A program made the position numbers and the translations under genes. Below the pieces are notes generated by a model that saw only the letters and a program-made list of their open reading frames with translations, ran no database searches and was not told the origin of the DNA. From an uncultured Anaerolinea sp. (GTDB taxonomy: Bacteria > Chloroflexota > Anaerolineae > Anaerolineales > Villigracilaceae), in the NCBI GenBank assembly GCA_964607645.1, contig CAZSLN010000001.1, positions 70,577 through 134,576 of the forward strand: a DNA stretch of 64,000 nt, written 5' to 3'. Of this stretch, positions 1-8,937 are shown one piece after another. Positions within the stretch are counted from its first letter, which is position 1, and each line of letters begins with the position of its first letter.

Positions 1-329
1 ATCCTAACCCCGCCTTGGAAGGCAGAAATATGCTTGACCCACTCAATATCCGATACTGGGATCTTTTCTTTCCTCATTCCCCAGTTGATCTGCAGAAAAT
101 TGCGATCGAGGAAATAGTTCGCTTTCGCTAATCCATAGATCCGGTAACCAAAGATCGGGATAAAAACTCCCGATAAGATCAATAAAAAAATATAGAGTGT
201 TAGGAATATCCCAATCTCCTCCGTAATGATCTGGAACAACGAAAAAATCATAAAAGCAAAAGCGATCGCTAGCAAAACGGAATGAATGATCAACCCTCTC
301 TTTCGAGCGGGTGGAAATTCACTGATCAT
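1..329 (-). CDS. membrane protein with bacterial PH (bPH_2, YdbS/YdbT-like) domain; 5' part only, gene runs off the window
   Basis: Not in the ORF track because no stop lies inside the window. My own translation of the minus strand from the ATG at 329-327 gives MISEFPPARKRGLIIHSVLLAIAFAFMIFSLFQ...LTLYIFLLILSGVFIPIFGY (two hydrophobic helices). It continues YFLDRNFLQINWGMRKEKIPVSDIEWV, the usual bPH_2 pattern. The ATG overlaps the TGA of the upstream DegT gene (ATGA). Confidence 0.55.
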   Translation of the reverse strand, partial: MISEFPPARKRGLIIHSVLLAIAFAFMIFSLFQIITEEIGIFLTLYIFLLILSGVFIPIFGYRIYGLAKANYFLDRNFLQINWGMRKEKIPVSDIEWVKHISAFQGGVR

Positions 330-1495
330 CAGGCAAGCTCCTGCTTTAGCACGTCACATACATATTGAACTTGTTCTAAGGTCATAACTCCGCTAAATGG
401 TAATGCAACACCGCGCAATCCCAAGTCTTCGGTAACTGGGTAATCTCCGGGTTGATACCCAAATTTTTCTACCATGTAGGGTTGTAAATGAATGGGTAAG
501 AAGTATGGTCGAACAGGTACACCTTTTGCTTCCAAGTTAGAAGCAAATTGCTGACGGTCGATCTTCTTCGCCAAACGAATGACAAATACGAACCAGGACA
601 TTCTGGTGGTCTCAGGCGCAAGGATCGGCAATTCGACCTCCGTTACATCCGCTAATTGTTCAAGATACCATTTAGCAACCTGCTCACGGCGGGCGATCAT
701 ACTATCTACCCGTGTAATCTGGCTTATTCCAAGCGCCGAAGACATTTCGTCAAGGCGGTAGTTGTAACCTAGGTATGTGTGAGACAACCAAGTATCCCCT
801 GGAGCACGACCTTGGTTGCGAAGGGCTTTCATCAAATTTGCGGCGGTGTCATCGTTGGTGATGACAATTCCACCCTCACCGGTAGTGATCTGTTTGTTGG
901 GGTAAAAAGCAAAAATGCCGAATTTTCCAAACAAGCCAGCATTTTTGCCTTTATAGGTTGCTCCTAAAGCCTCACAAGAGTCTTCGATGATCTCTAAATG
1001 ATACTGCTCGGCGATCTCAAGAATGGGGTCATAATTCGCTGGTTGGCCAAATACATCCACTGGTAGGATCGCCTTCAGCATGCCCTTACCCGCGTTTTTG
1101 CGGGGCAGCCATTTTTTTGCCTTTTCGCCCCCGGTGGCAATATCCTTCACCGCCTGTCGCAACTGGTCAACGCTAATATTGCCAGTTTTATAGTCTACGT
1201 CTACATAAATCGGCACGGCGTTTTCAAACAACAAAGCATTGGTGGAAGCGACAAAGGAAAAAGGAGATGTAACCACTCTATCTTCCGCTGTTATTCCCGC
1301 TGCCCGAACGGTCAAGTGCAACCCAGCCGTCCCAGAATTAACCGCGATAGCATGTTTAACACCAATGTATTCGGCAACTTTTTTCTCAAACTCCACAACT
1401 TTCGGACCAAGGCTTAGTATTGGAGTATTCATCACATCCATTACAGCTTGACGATCCGCTTCGGTTAGATCAGGGGAAGACATAGGGATTTTCAT
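329..1495 (-). CDS. DegT/DnrJ/EryC1/StrS-family PLP-dependent sugar aminotransferase
   Basis: 388-aa ORF. Family-typical N-terminus (SPDLTEADRQAV..., NSGTAGLHL) and PLP-lysine region FAFYPNKQITTGEGGIV. The start overlaps the upstream gene's stop by 4 nt. Confidence 0.9.
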   Translation of the reverse strand: MKIPMSSPDLTEADRQAVMDVMNTPILSLGPKVVEFEKKVAEYIGVKHAIAVNSGTAGLHLTVRAAGITAEDRVVTSPFSFVASTNALLFENAVPIYVDVDYKTGNISVDQLRQAVKDIATGGEKAKKWLPRKNAGKGMLKAILPVDVFGQPANYDPILEIAEQYHLEIIEDSCEALGATYKGKNAGLFGKFGIFAFYPNKQITTGEGGIVITNDDTAANLMKALRNQGRAPGDTWLSHTYLGYNYRLDEMSSALGISQITRVDSMIARREQVAKWYLEQLADVTEVELPILAPETTRMSWFVFVIRLAKKIDRQQFASNLEAKGVPVRPYFLPIHLQPYMVEKFGYQPGDYPVTEDLGLRGVALPFSGVMTLEQVQYVCDVLKQELA

Positions 1496-2739
1496 AGCGA
1501 AGTTCCACTTCTTTCCAGCATTGCGGCTAATTGTGCGAGCAACACTGCTTCCAGATCAGTAAGCTTCACCATTCTATTCATGGTGCCGGCTCTCGGTTTT
1601 ACTTCAACTTCCTGATTTTGCAATCCGCGCTCACCAACGGTCACCCGTATGGGGCATCCGATCAGATCCGCGTCATTAAACTTAATGCCAGCCCTTTCAT
1701 CGCGAACATCCAATAACACAGTGATGCCTACCTCCGCCAGCCGATCATTTATATCCCGAGCGATCTGAGCGGTATCCATTGTGCTGCCCGGGAGGTTCAT
1801 GAGATACACCTGAAACGGCGAAAAGGGAGCGGGAATTTTCAACCCTCTTTCATCCGAAGCAGTTTCAGCAAGGAACTTAAGGATATTCTCAGGGATAACA
1901 ACATGATCAGCGCCGCATTGAAAAGCCTTGTTGCTCGATAACGGTCTTGAACATGCGGGGCAGGCTTCCCCAACGTTCATCAACGTCACATCAGCGACGA
2001 TGTCCGCTGAATAATCCCGATCGATATTCGTATTGAGCAGGTGGCAGCCACCCTCATTCGCGCCAGCGACCAAGTTTTTGGATTTCGCGACAATTGAATC
2101 AACGATGATCATAGCGTTGGTGACCCCGATCGGTGAGGCATACCCCGGTATCGCGCCGGTCGCGAGAATTTCATCTTGCGTAGCTAAGCGATATTCGCCA
2201 ACTAGCGCGGTAAGTTTTTCATCACTCAACTGACGGTCACCCCTCAGAACAACAAAGAGGAATTTCCCGTCCGAAACCCGCGTGAACATCAATGCTTTCG
2301 CTGTCTTTGTTGGTGAAACTTTTAAGAAATCTGCGAGACTATTGATCGTGCTGCACTCCGGGGTCTTAATTTTTTCGAGAGGTTTCATTTCTTCAGCAGA
2401 ATCCAGAGCGACCCTAGATTCCACTAAAGTGGTTCGCTCAGCGAAATAACATTCCGGGCAAAACAAAACGTCAAAGTCCCCGTCATCGTGCGAGAGGTAA
2501 TAATTGCCACTGGTTTGGGAACCCACGGCAAGCAAGCCAACATCTTCCAGCCATTCCAATTTTTCAGAAAAGCTACCATTCAATAATGCTCGAATTTTTT
2601 CTATGGTTTCTTGCCCCAGCGGGAGCCAGCTCAAATCTCGCTGAAGGTAAGAGGCTCTGTATAAAAAGGAAGCCCCTGGGGTTCTAAATTCAGAAGGGGC
2701 TGATCGTTGGGTCTGGATGTTTAGATCAGAATAATTCAT
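1492..2739 (-). CDS. prolyl-tRNA synthetase-like protein with INS/YbaK-type editing domain and class II anticodon-binding domain, apparently lacking the catalytic core
   Basis: 415-aa ORF. The N-terminal ~50 aa resemble bacterial ProRS (LNIQTQRSAPSE...ASFLYRASYLQ...SWLPLG). The central part resembles the ProRS INS domain (TAKALMFTR..FLFVVLRGDRQLSDEKL, GAIPGYASPIG, GANEGGCHLLNTN). The C-terminus resembles the anticodon-binding domain (APFQVYLM...LLDVRDERAGIKFNDADLIGCPIRVTVGER). I find no fRDE-type motif 2 and no GxGxGxxR motif 3, and the protein is about 150 aa shorter than bacterial ProRS. Confidence 0.75.
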   Translation of the reverse strand: MNYSDLNIQTQRSAPSEFRTPGASFLYRASYLQRDLSWLPLGQETIEKIRALLNGSFSEKLEWLEDVGLLAVGSQTSGNYYLSHDDGDFDVLFCPECYFAERTTLVESRVALDSAEEMKPLEKIKTPECSTINSLADFLKVSPTKTAKALMFTRVSDGKFLFVVLRGDRQLSDEKLTALVGEYRLATQDEILATGAIPGYASPIGVTNAMIIVDSIVAKSKNLVAGANEGGCHLLNTNIDRDYSADIVADVTLMNVGEACPACSRPLSSNKAFQCGADHVVIPENILKFLAETASDERGLKIPAPFSPFQVYLMNLPGSTMDTAQIARDINDRLAEVGITVLLDVRDERAGIKFNDADLIGCPIRVTVGERGLQNQEVEVKPRAGTMNRMVKLTDLEAVLLAQLAAMLERSGTSL

Positions 2740-3170
2740 TATGGTTTTTCGTCTTCCGTTCGTTCGGGGCTGTCGTCCAGTCCCAAGTCAATTTTTTCTT
2801 CCATCTTCATTTGGCCTCGTAAAAAGGCCCCTTCTTCCGTAACAAAAGCGATGGTTGTCACATCACCCCAGATCCGTCCTGTGGAGCGAATCTCGAGTTT
2901 TTGTGTGGTGATATTGCCCTTAACCGCCCCGGCGACGATCACGGTAGCTGCCCGGATGTTTTCGCAGGTAACTTTGCCGCTTTCCCCAACCACAAGCATA
3001 CCTTGCAAGCCAATTTGTCCTTCAAACGTTCCCTCAATACGAACACCACCTGAACCGCTGATCTTTCCTTCCCAGACCAGCCCAGGGCCAAGGATAGAGT
3101 TAATCCTTTCCATGGAAGGAACGGTAATGGAGGGTTGTGTTTGTGAGGGCGATGCGTTTCGTTTAAACAT
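2739..3170 (-). CDS. bactofilin-family cytoskeletal protein
   Basis: 143-aa ORF with a repetitive beta-helix pattern: GSGGVRIEGTFEGQIGLQGMLVVGESGKVTCENIRAATVIVAGAVKGNITTQKLEIRSTGRIWGDV. The stop shares 1 nt with the next start (TAATG). Confidence 0.85.
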   Translation of the reverse strand: MFKRNASPSQTQPSITVPSMERINSILGPGLVWEGKISGSGGVRIEGTFEGQIGLQGMLVVGESGKVTCENIRAATVIVAGAVKGNITTQKLEIRSTGRIWGDVTTIAFVTEEGAFLRGQMKMEEKIDLGLDDSPERTEDEKP

Positions 3171-3221
3171 TTAAATATCCAATCAATTTAGTTAAGTTAT
3201 TTTACCGTTAATTACTTGGTT

Positions 3222-3261
3222 CTTTAAAAAACAAGAAGCCCTTACAAAGAAGGGCTTCTTG
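3222..3261 (-). terminator. rho-independent terminator after fabI
   Basis: Perfect 12-bp stem (caagaagccctt at 3232-3243, aagggcttcttg at 3250-3261) with a 6-nt loop. On the minus strand it is followed by a TTTTTT run (plus-strand aaaaaa at 3226-3231). It lies 20 nt past the fabI stop. Confidence 0.7.
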
Positions 3262-3280
3262 AATTTGGTCAGAACTGTAA

Positions 3281-4072
3281 TTACTCTTCCTTCTTCAATG
3301 GGTTTGATGCTGCCATGATATTGTACCCACTATCAACATAATGCACTTCTCCGGTAACATGCGATGACCAATCAGAGCAAAGGTAAACGGCTGCGTTGCC
3401 GCAATCTTCCGCGGTAACGTTCTCGCGCATCGGCGCCATTTCAGCAAAATTCTTGAGCATATCCTTAAACCCACTTACGCCGCTAGCGGCAAGGGTTCGA
3501 ATAGGACCAGCCGAGATCGCGTTGACACGAATCCCCTGTGGGCCAAAATCGGATGCCATATAACGCGTACTAGCTTCCAATGCCGCCTTGGCAACCCCCA
3601 TCATATTGTAATTGGGGGCAACTTTTACCGAACCATAATAGGTAAGGGTTAGTAAAGCGGCGCCTTTATTTAGGATAGGTTGAAAAGCTTTTGCGATCGC
3701 CACAAAGGAATACACACTGATATCCATCGCCAAGTGAAAACCCGCTCGGCTGGTATCGTAATAATTTCCATTTAGCTCTTCCTTGTTAGCAAAGCCGATC
3801 GAATGAACAATGATGTCAATATTTCCGAAATGGCTTTTCGCTTTTTCCACCACATCCGCGATCTCAGCATCCGAAGCGACATCACATTGTTCCACAAAAC
3901 TCACACCCAATTGTTGAGCAAGTGGCTTCACTCTCTTTTCCAAGGCTTCCCCAGCGTAGCTAAAGCCTAGGTTAGCGCCTTCTCGGGCAAAAGCCTGCGC
4001 AATGCCCCAAGCGATCGATCGATCATTCGCGAGCCCAAAAATTAATGCGTTCTTTCCGCTTAGTAATCCCAT
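3281..4072 (-). CDS. fabI: enoyl-[acyl-carrier-protein] reductase (NADH), FabI
   Basis: 263-aa [29 protein letters not shown]-terminus and Y-x6-K region [12 protein letters not shown], both typical of FabI. Confidence 0.92.
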   Translation of the reverse strand: MGLLSGKNALIFGLANDRSIAWGIAQAFAREGANLGFSYAGEALEKRVKPLAQQLGVSFVEQCDVASDAEIADVVEKAKSHFGNIDIIVHSIGFANKEELNGNYYDTSRAGFHLAMDISVYSFVAIAKAFQPILNKGAALLTLTYYGSVKVAPNYNMMGVAKAALEASTRYMASDFGPQGIRVNAISAGPIRTLAASGVSGFKDMLKNFAEMAPMRENVTAEDCGNAAVYLCSDWSSHVTGEVHYVDSGYNIMAASNPLKKEE

Positions 4073-4677
4073 TATTCCTCCAGGTTTGTTTTTTCAGGTA
4101 TTAAGAACCGCCAAGGTTTTGAGTACCAAGGCTCCGGTACACTATATAAACCCACTCGTGCGCCAATGGTCACGGTTGAATCAGGAATATTTTTGTAGGG
4201 TTCGATCCATAGGCCGCTATTTTTATCGGTGAGATCAATGCCATTTTGTTGGTTGGTTATTCCAAATGCTTTTGTCAATTTGCCGGGGCCATTGCTCCAG
4301 CTTAGTTCTTTCACGCCAGCTCGGTTTTCGACTACGATCGCTTGACCAACCTGTATCCGCACCCCGCGGATCAGAACTGCCGCTGGAAACCCGAATCGCT
4401 CCGTAACTACATTGAGCATCCAATGATGCCCATAGGTGAAATAGACGTAAGCATAGCCCGGCTCACCATACATAATGGCGGTTCTTTTTGTCTTTCCCGC
4501 TTTGGCATGGCAGGCAAGATCTGTTTCGCCAACATAAGCCTCGGTTTCGCTGATGACCCCTGCGACTTCTCCTAACGGATTGCGAAAAACGAGCCGCGAA
4601 CCCAACAAGGCCCGAGCCACTTCTACAGTTGGTTGATCAAAAAAACTCTTAGGGTAAGGGGTATTATTCGAGATCAC
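4072..4677 (-). CDS. mpg: DNA-3-methyladenine glycosylase (AAG/Mpg family)
   Basis: 201-aa [20 protein letters not shown] and [18 protein letters not shown] are characteristic of the Mpg/AAG family. Confidence 0.88.
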   Translation of the reverse strand: MISNNTPYPKSFFDQPTVEVARALLGSRLVFRNPLGEVAGVISETEAYVGETDLACHAKAGKTKRTAIMYGEPGYAYVYFTYGHHWMLNVVTERFGFPAAVLIRGVRIQVGQAIVVENRAGVKELSWSNGPGKLTKAFGITNQQNGIDLTDKNSGLWIEPYKNIPDSTVTIGARVGLYSVPEPWYSKPWRFLIPEKTNLEE

Positions 4678-5330
4678 GCTTGCAGTGATTCAATGTGAGA
4701 ACAATCACCGATCACGTTCACGCGCCATTTGTGCTGCATCGGAAAATAGAGAAACGACGCGAAGGAGGTGTTTTGCAAAATAAATCGCGGTGATTCGTTA
4801 TTGCTTTGCGGGGAGATACCCATAATAGAGAGCAGAAGCATATTCATCAATGCCCCGTGGGTTACAACAAGGTATTTTCCGGGCGGTTTTAGTAACAAAT
4901 TATGTAAAGCGGCACAAGCTCTTAGGTACAAAGACCAATCGCTCTCACGAGATTCATCAGAGGAGGAAAACGGATTCGGGTGATTCAATTTCTTTTTGGA
5001 AAGTTTTACTTCTTTAAATGTTTGGCCAGAGAAAACGCCCATATCTCTTTCCATCCAGATCGGGTCATATTCCAATTCTGGGAGGTTTAAGTTTTTTGCC
5101 AAAATTTGGGCTGTTTCACTGGCTCGTCCAAGCGGGCTCGAAATAACAAAATCAAATACAGTTCCGGTTCTCAACCAACGATCAGCAAGCGCTTGTGCTT
5201 GCTTTTGTCCCAATGGGGTCAGTGGGTAATCCATTTGACCTTGCATGCGGTTCTCAAAATTCCCCACAGATTCGCCGTGCCGCAGGAAAGTGATCTCAAA
5301 AATGGGGTCGTTCTCAGATGACCAGCTCAT
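4674..5330 (-). CDS. histidine phosphatase family protein (phosphoglycerate mutase-like)
   Basis: 218-aa ORF. RHG motif ITFLRHGESVGN and distal His in LVVTHGALM. Confidence 0.8.
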   Translation of the reverse strand: MSWSSENDPIFEITFLRHGESVGNFENRMQGQMDYPLTPLGQKQAQALADRWLRTGTVFDFVISSPLGRASETAQILAKNLNLPELEYDPIWMERDMGVFSGQTFKEVKLSKKKLNHPNPFSSSDESRESDWSLYLRACAALHNLLLKPPGKYLVVTHGALMNMLLLSIMGISPQSNNESPRFILQNTSFASFLYFPMQHKWRVNVIGDCSHIESLQA

Positions 5331-6292
5331 TCGTTACCCGGTTCATTTTTTACCAAATAGACCGGTCTGCCTTTTACTTGTTGGAAGATGTATCCAATGT
5401 ATACACCAATGAACCCAAGCAAGATCATGATGATGCCGCTGGCGATCAACAACACAGCCATCAGCGAGCTCCATCCTGGGACAATCTTTTCATTCATACC
5501 AGCTGCCCATAAAAATAAGACATAAGCGATCTGCGCAAGAGCCAATAAAATGAAAGCCCCACCAACACTCAGACCAATATATAGCGGCACTAGCGAAAAT
5601 GAAAAAACAGCGTCAGACGCAAGCCGTACCATTTTACCGAGAGAGTATTTTGAAACGCCCGACATTCTTTGGGCTTCATTGTAAGGAAGGATGATGGTGC
5701 GATATCCCATCCAGGCGATCATGCCGCGCAAGAAACGATGGTACTCTGGCATTGCCTTAAGGGCATCTAAGGCTTGGCGTGACATTGCGCGAAAATCGGC
5801 GGAACCCGGGTTGATGTAGGTGCCGCTGATTTTGTTAATGATGGAATAGAACAAGTTCGAGGTGATTTTTTTTAGAGCGGGAAGATTCTGGTTTTCAGCG
5901 CGTTGGGTCTGAACGATATCATAACCTTGCTCGACCAACCCAACCATTTCCGGAATCATTTGCGGCGGGTGCTGTCCATCACAATCCATTGAGATAATGA
6001 TATCGCCGGATGTCTTGTCCAGACCAGCGGTCAAGGCGGCTTGGTGACCAAAATTTCGGCTTAGATAAACACCTTGTACTCGGTCATCCCCAGCTTTAAT
6101 GGTTTCGATCAACTTTCCAGTACCGTCCCGAGAACCATCATCAACGTAGATAATCTCGATCGCGTAGGGCAAAGATGTAAGAACCTGCACCAAGTTGTTG
6201 TGTGAGGACGCCAATACGTCGATCTCATTGAATACTGGAATGACGATGGAAAGTTTTTTGGTCATGTTGGTAATTCTAAAGTTATTCGGCAA
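5327..6292 (-). CDS. family 2 glycosyltransferase, polyprenyl-phosphate sugar transferase type (GtrB/ArnC/DPM1-like)
   Basis: 321-aa ORF. LSIVIPVFNE, VDDGSRDGT, DCDGQHPP, plus two C-terminal hydrophobic helices. Confidence 0.85.
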   Translation of the reverse strand: MPNNFRITNMTKKLSIVIPVFNEIDVLASSHNNLVQVLTSLPYAIEIIYVDDGSRDGTGKLIETIKAGDDRVQGVYLSRNFGHQAALTAGLDKTSGDIIISMDCDGQHPPQMIPEMVGLVEQGYDIVQTQRAENQNLPALKKITSNLFYSIINKISGTYINPGSADFRAMSRQALDALKAMPEYHRFLRGMIAWMGYRTIILPYNEAQRMSGVSKYSLGKMVRLASDAVFSFSLVPLYIGLSVGGAFILLALAQIAYVLFLWAAGMNEKIVPGWSSLMAVLLIASGIIMILLGFIGVYIGYIFQQVKGRPVYLVKNEPGNE

Positions 6293-6313
6293 TTATTTCA
6301 AATTGACTTTTGA

Positions 6314-7990
6314 TCAAACCGTGACCTTATGGTCGTTCGCCAATATCCGCACGGTTCGCTCAACCTCTTCCTTTTTCATTTCAGCGGACCAACCAAGTGA
6401 CCTGCCCATCGCATCTGCGATTTCCTCGATCAATTCCAATTGGTAATTTCCTAACCAAGCCAAATTGGTACGCCTGATCAAAATGTCTTCAATATGAACC
6501 GCTTTTTCGGTCCGCACAAGGAACTCGATCTCCCGATCGGTAATTTGGTCACAATGCCGCAGCGATTTTGGGGAACCCAAATCAAGGAAATCGGCTACTT
6601 CCTTGGCGCGGGTGCCATAGCGATCAAAAAGGAGTTTCGAAGAGAATTTCTTTGGATCGGTTTTTGAAGCGATCTTTTTGATGAACTCAACCTGAGCTAA
6701 CCCAACCACAGGGTAATCCCGCCCGCCACCAAGGGGGAGATTCGATGTATCTTTTATTCGGGAACGCCCAAGAACGCCCAAACAAAGATCTGCCACTTGC
6801 TCACTAAAAGCACGGTAACTGGTCCACTTCCCACCAACCAGCGAGATAATCTTTACACCATCAACTTCATCTTCCTTGATGGAGTGATCTCGCGTGATCT
6901 GGCCAGCGGTTTTTGCTTTCATCGCTTCTAATGGCCGTACACCCGAAAAAGTGAATACGATCTGTTCTTTTGTGATAGAAATAGATGGAAAAACCCGATT
7001 CACTAATGTAATAAAGTAGTCGATCTCGGGCTCGGTGATTGAAATGTTATCGGGGCTCTCGATCGGAAGATCGCTGGTTCCAATAATGACCTTATCGTAG
7101 AACGGGAAGATCAACACGATCCTACCGTCTTTGTTTTCGAAAAAGAATTCATTCTTACCAATCGCGGTTCGCAGCGTGGGGTTATCCACTATGATGTGCG
7201 AACCTTTTGTTCCGCCAATGTATCGGTGATTCAACCCAAATCCTTGGTTGGTCACATCGATCCACGGACCAGTGGCGTTGATCACCAGCTTTGGTTTGGT
7301 AACGAACAACTCGCCGGTCAATTGGTCTCGCAATTGAACAGATCCATCAACAATTTTCTCCACCGCCACGTAATTCAACGCGTTAGCGTGGTCGCCCTCG
7401 GCCTCACCGTCCACCACCAGTTCCACTACATATCTCTCGGGGGAGAGAATGGATCCATCAAAATAGGTGGCGGTATATTTAATGTCTTGCGATAATGCGG
7501 GGTACTTCTCGAGAGACCTCTGGCGATTCTCGAACTTGTGAGGAGGAACTGTCTTTTGCGCTTTGGTAAAGGAGTCGTAGAAGATCAGACCAATTTTAAT
7601 AACAACCGCACCACGTTCGGAGGGTTTGTTGAGTAGATTTAAAAATTTGAGCGGGGCATTTAGCAAACCCGAAAAAAGCTTGAACATTGGCACCACGGTC
7701 GGAAGCGGCCTTACCAAATGAGGAGCGTTTTCGATCATTCTGTTGCGTTCGCGCACCGCTTCCCTTACCAAGCGGAATTCGCCGTTTTCAAGGTAGCGAA
7801 TTCCGCCATGGGCCATATGAGATGATGCGGCGCTTGCGCCAGCACAAAAATCCCCTTTATCAACCAGTAAAACATCCACCCCATTTAAGGCAAGATCCCT
7901 GAAAGTTCCTGCACCGTTCACTCCCGCGCCAATAATCAGCACTTCTGGTGAATGCGACTTCAATCCCTCAATGATCTTTGCTCTGTTCAT
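6314..7990 (-). CDS. glpD: FAD-dependent glycerol-3-phosphate dehydrogenase/oxidase
   Basis: 558-aa ORF. N-terminal dinucleotide fold LIIGAGVNGAGTFRDLALNG. Length and HGGIRYLE motif match the GlpD/GlpO family. Confidence 0.8.
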   Translation of the reverse strand: MNRAKIIEGLKSHSPEVLIIGAGVNGAGTFRDLALNGVDVLLVDKGDFCAGASAASSHMAHGGIRYLENGEFRLVREAVRERNRMIENAPHLVRPLPTVVPMFKLFSGLLNAPLKFLNLLNKPSERGAVVIKIGLIFYDSFTKAQKTVPPHKFENRQRSLEKYPALSQDIKYTATYFDGSILSPERYVVELVVDGEAEGDHANALNYVAVEKIVDGSVQLRDQLTGELFVTKPKLVINATGPWIDVTNQGFGLNHRYIGGTKGSHIIVDNPTLRTAIGKNEFFFENKDGRIVLIFPFYDKVIIGTSDLPIESPDNISITEPEIDYFITLVNRVFPSISITKEQIVFTFSGVRPLEAMKAKTAGQITRDHSIKEDEVDGVKIISLVGGKWTSYRAFSEQVADLCLGVLGRSRIKDTSNLPLGGGRDYPVVGLAQVEFIKKIASKTDPKKFSSKLLFDRYGTRAKEVADFLDLGSPKSLRHCDQITDREIEFLVRTEKAVHIEDILIRRTNLAWLGNYQLELIEEIADAMGRSLGWSAEMKKEEVERTVRILANDHKVTV

Positions 7991-8013
7991 AAGGTGGTTA
8001 TCTCCTGTTAGGT

Positions 8014-8937
8014 TTATTTTGCCAGCACCGTGAAAACGTCCTCCAAACCTGCTTCGGTGGTTTGGATCAGATCGTATTCCAATCCAGCTTCTTTCATTTT
8101 ATCCTTTAAATCTCGTTTGTGAAAATTTTCATCTAGTACCATTTTTAGATGATTGCCGGCCAGAACAGTCCTTTGAATTCCCTTTTGGGTTGCCCCCCAT
8201 TCAAGACAGCCTAACAAATTAGGAGTAAACACTTCTACAACTTTTCCCTTGATAAAAATCGTTTTCAAATTTGTTGGAGAATCTAACGCGAGCAATTTTC
8301 CATTTCGCATCACTCCAACCCGGCCACAATATTCGGCCTCATCCATGTAATGTGTTGTAACCAAAACAGTCACGCCATCTTCAGCCAAGCCGTAAATCAA
8401 ATCCCAAAACACACGGCGAGCATTTGGATCAACCCCTGAGGTTGGCTCGTCTAAAAATAAGAGCCTGGGGCTGTGAACCAAGGCTATCCCTAACGCCAAC
8501 CTTTGGCGCCAACCGGTTGAAAGGTCCTTGGTAAGAGCTTTTTGGTGACCGAGTAAGCCTACGTGGTCAAGTGTACCGCTGATGGCTAGTTTATCGGTGA
8601 TGCCATACACACCAGCGTAAAACTGCATATTTTCCCAAACGGTGAGGTCATCATAGATCGCGAATTTCTGTGACATATACCCAACCCGCTGACGCACTTC
8701 ATCGGTCTGTCGGTAGGAATCGTAACCCAAGACTTTTGAATAGCCGCTATCTGGGGATAACAAACCCAAAAGCATTCGTATGGTGGTTGTTTTTCCAGAC
8801 CCGTTCGGTCCTAAATAGCCAACAATCTCGCCAGCTTCCACATCAAAAGATAAATTATTTACAGCGATAAAATCGCCAAACCTACGTGTGAGGTCTCTAA
8901 CTTCAATAACCGTATTTTTTTCGTTTTCGCGTTTCAT
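8014..8937 (-). CDS. ABC transporter ATP-binding protein (ABC-2 exporter type)
   Basis: Walker A GPNGSGKTT, signature LSTGWRQRL, Walker B LLFLDEPTSGVD. Confidence 0.9.
   Translation of the reverse strand: MKRENEKNTVIEVRDLTRRFGDFIAVNNLSFDVEAGEIVGYLGPNGSGKTTTIRMLLGLLSPDSGYSKVLGYDSYRQTDEVRQRVGYMSQKFAIYDDLTVWENMQFYAGVYGITDKLAISGTLDHVGLLGHQKALTKDLSTGWRQRLALGIALVHSPRLLFLDEPTSGVDPNARRVFWDLIYGLAEDGVTVLVTTHYMDEAEYCGRVGVMRNGKLLALDSPTNLKTIFIKGKVVEVFTPNLLGCLEWGATQKGIQRTVLAGNHLKMVLDENFHKRDLKDKMKEAGLEYDLIQTTEAGLEDVFTVLAK

Noticed and set aside
4198-4208. GGGTTCGATCC, resembling a tRNA T-arm.
   Set aside because: It lies inside the mpg coding region, and no acceptor, D or anticodon arms can be drawn around it.
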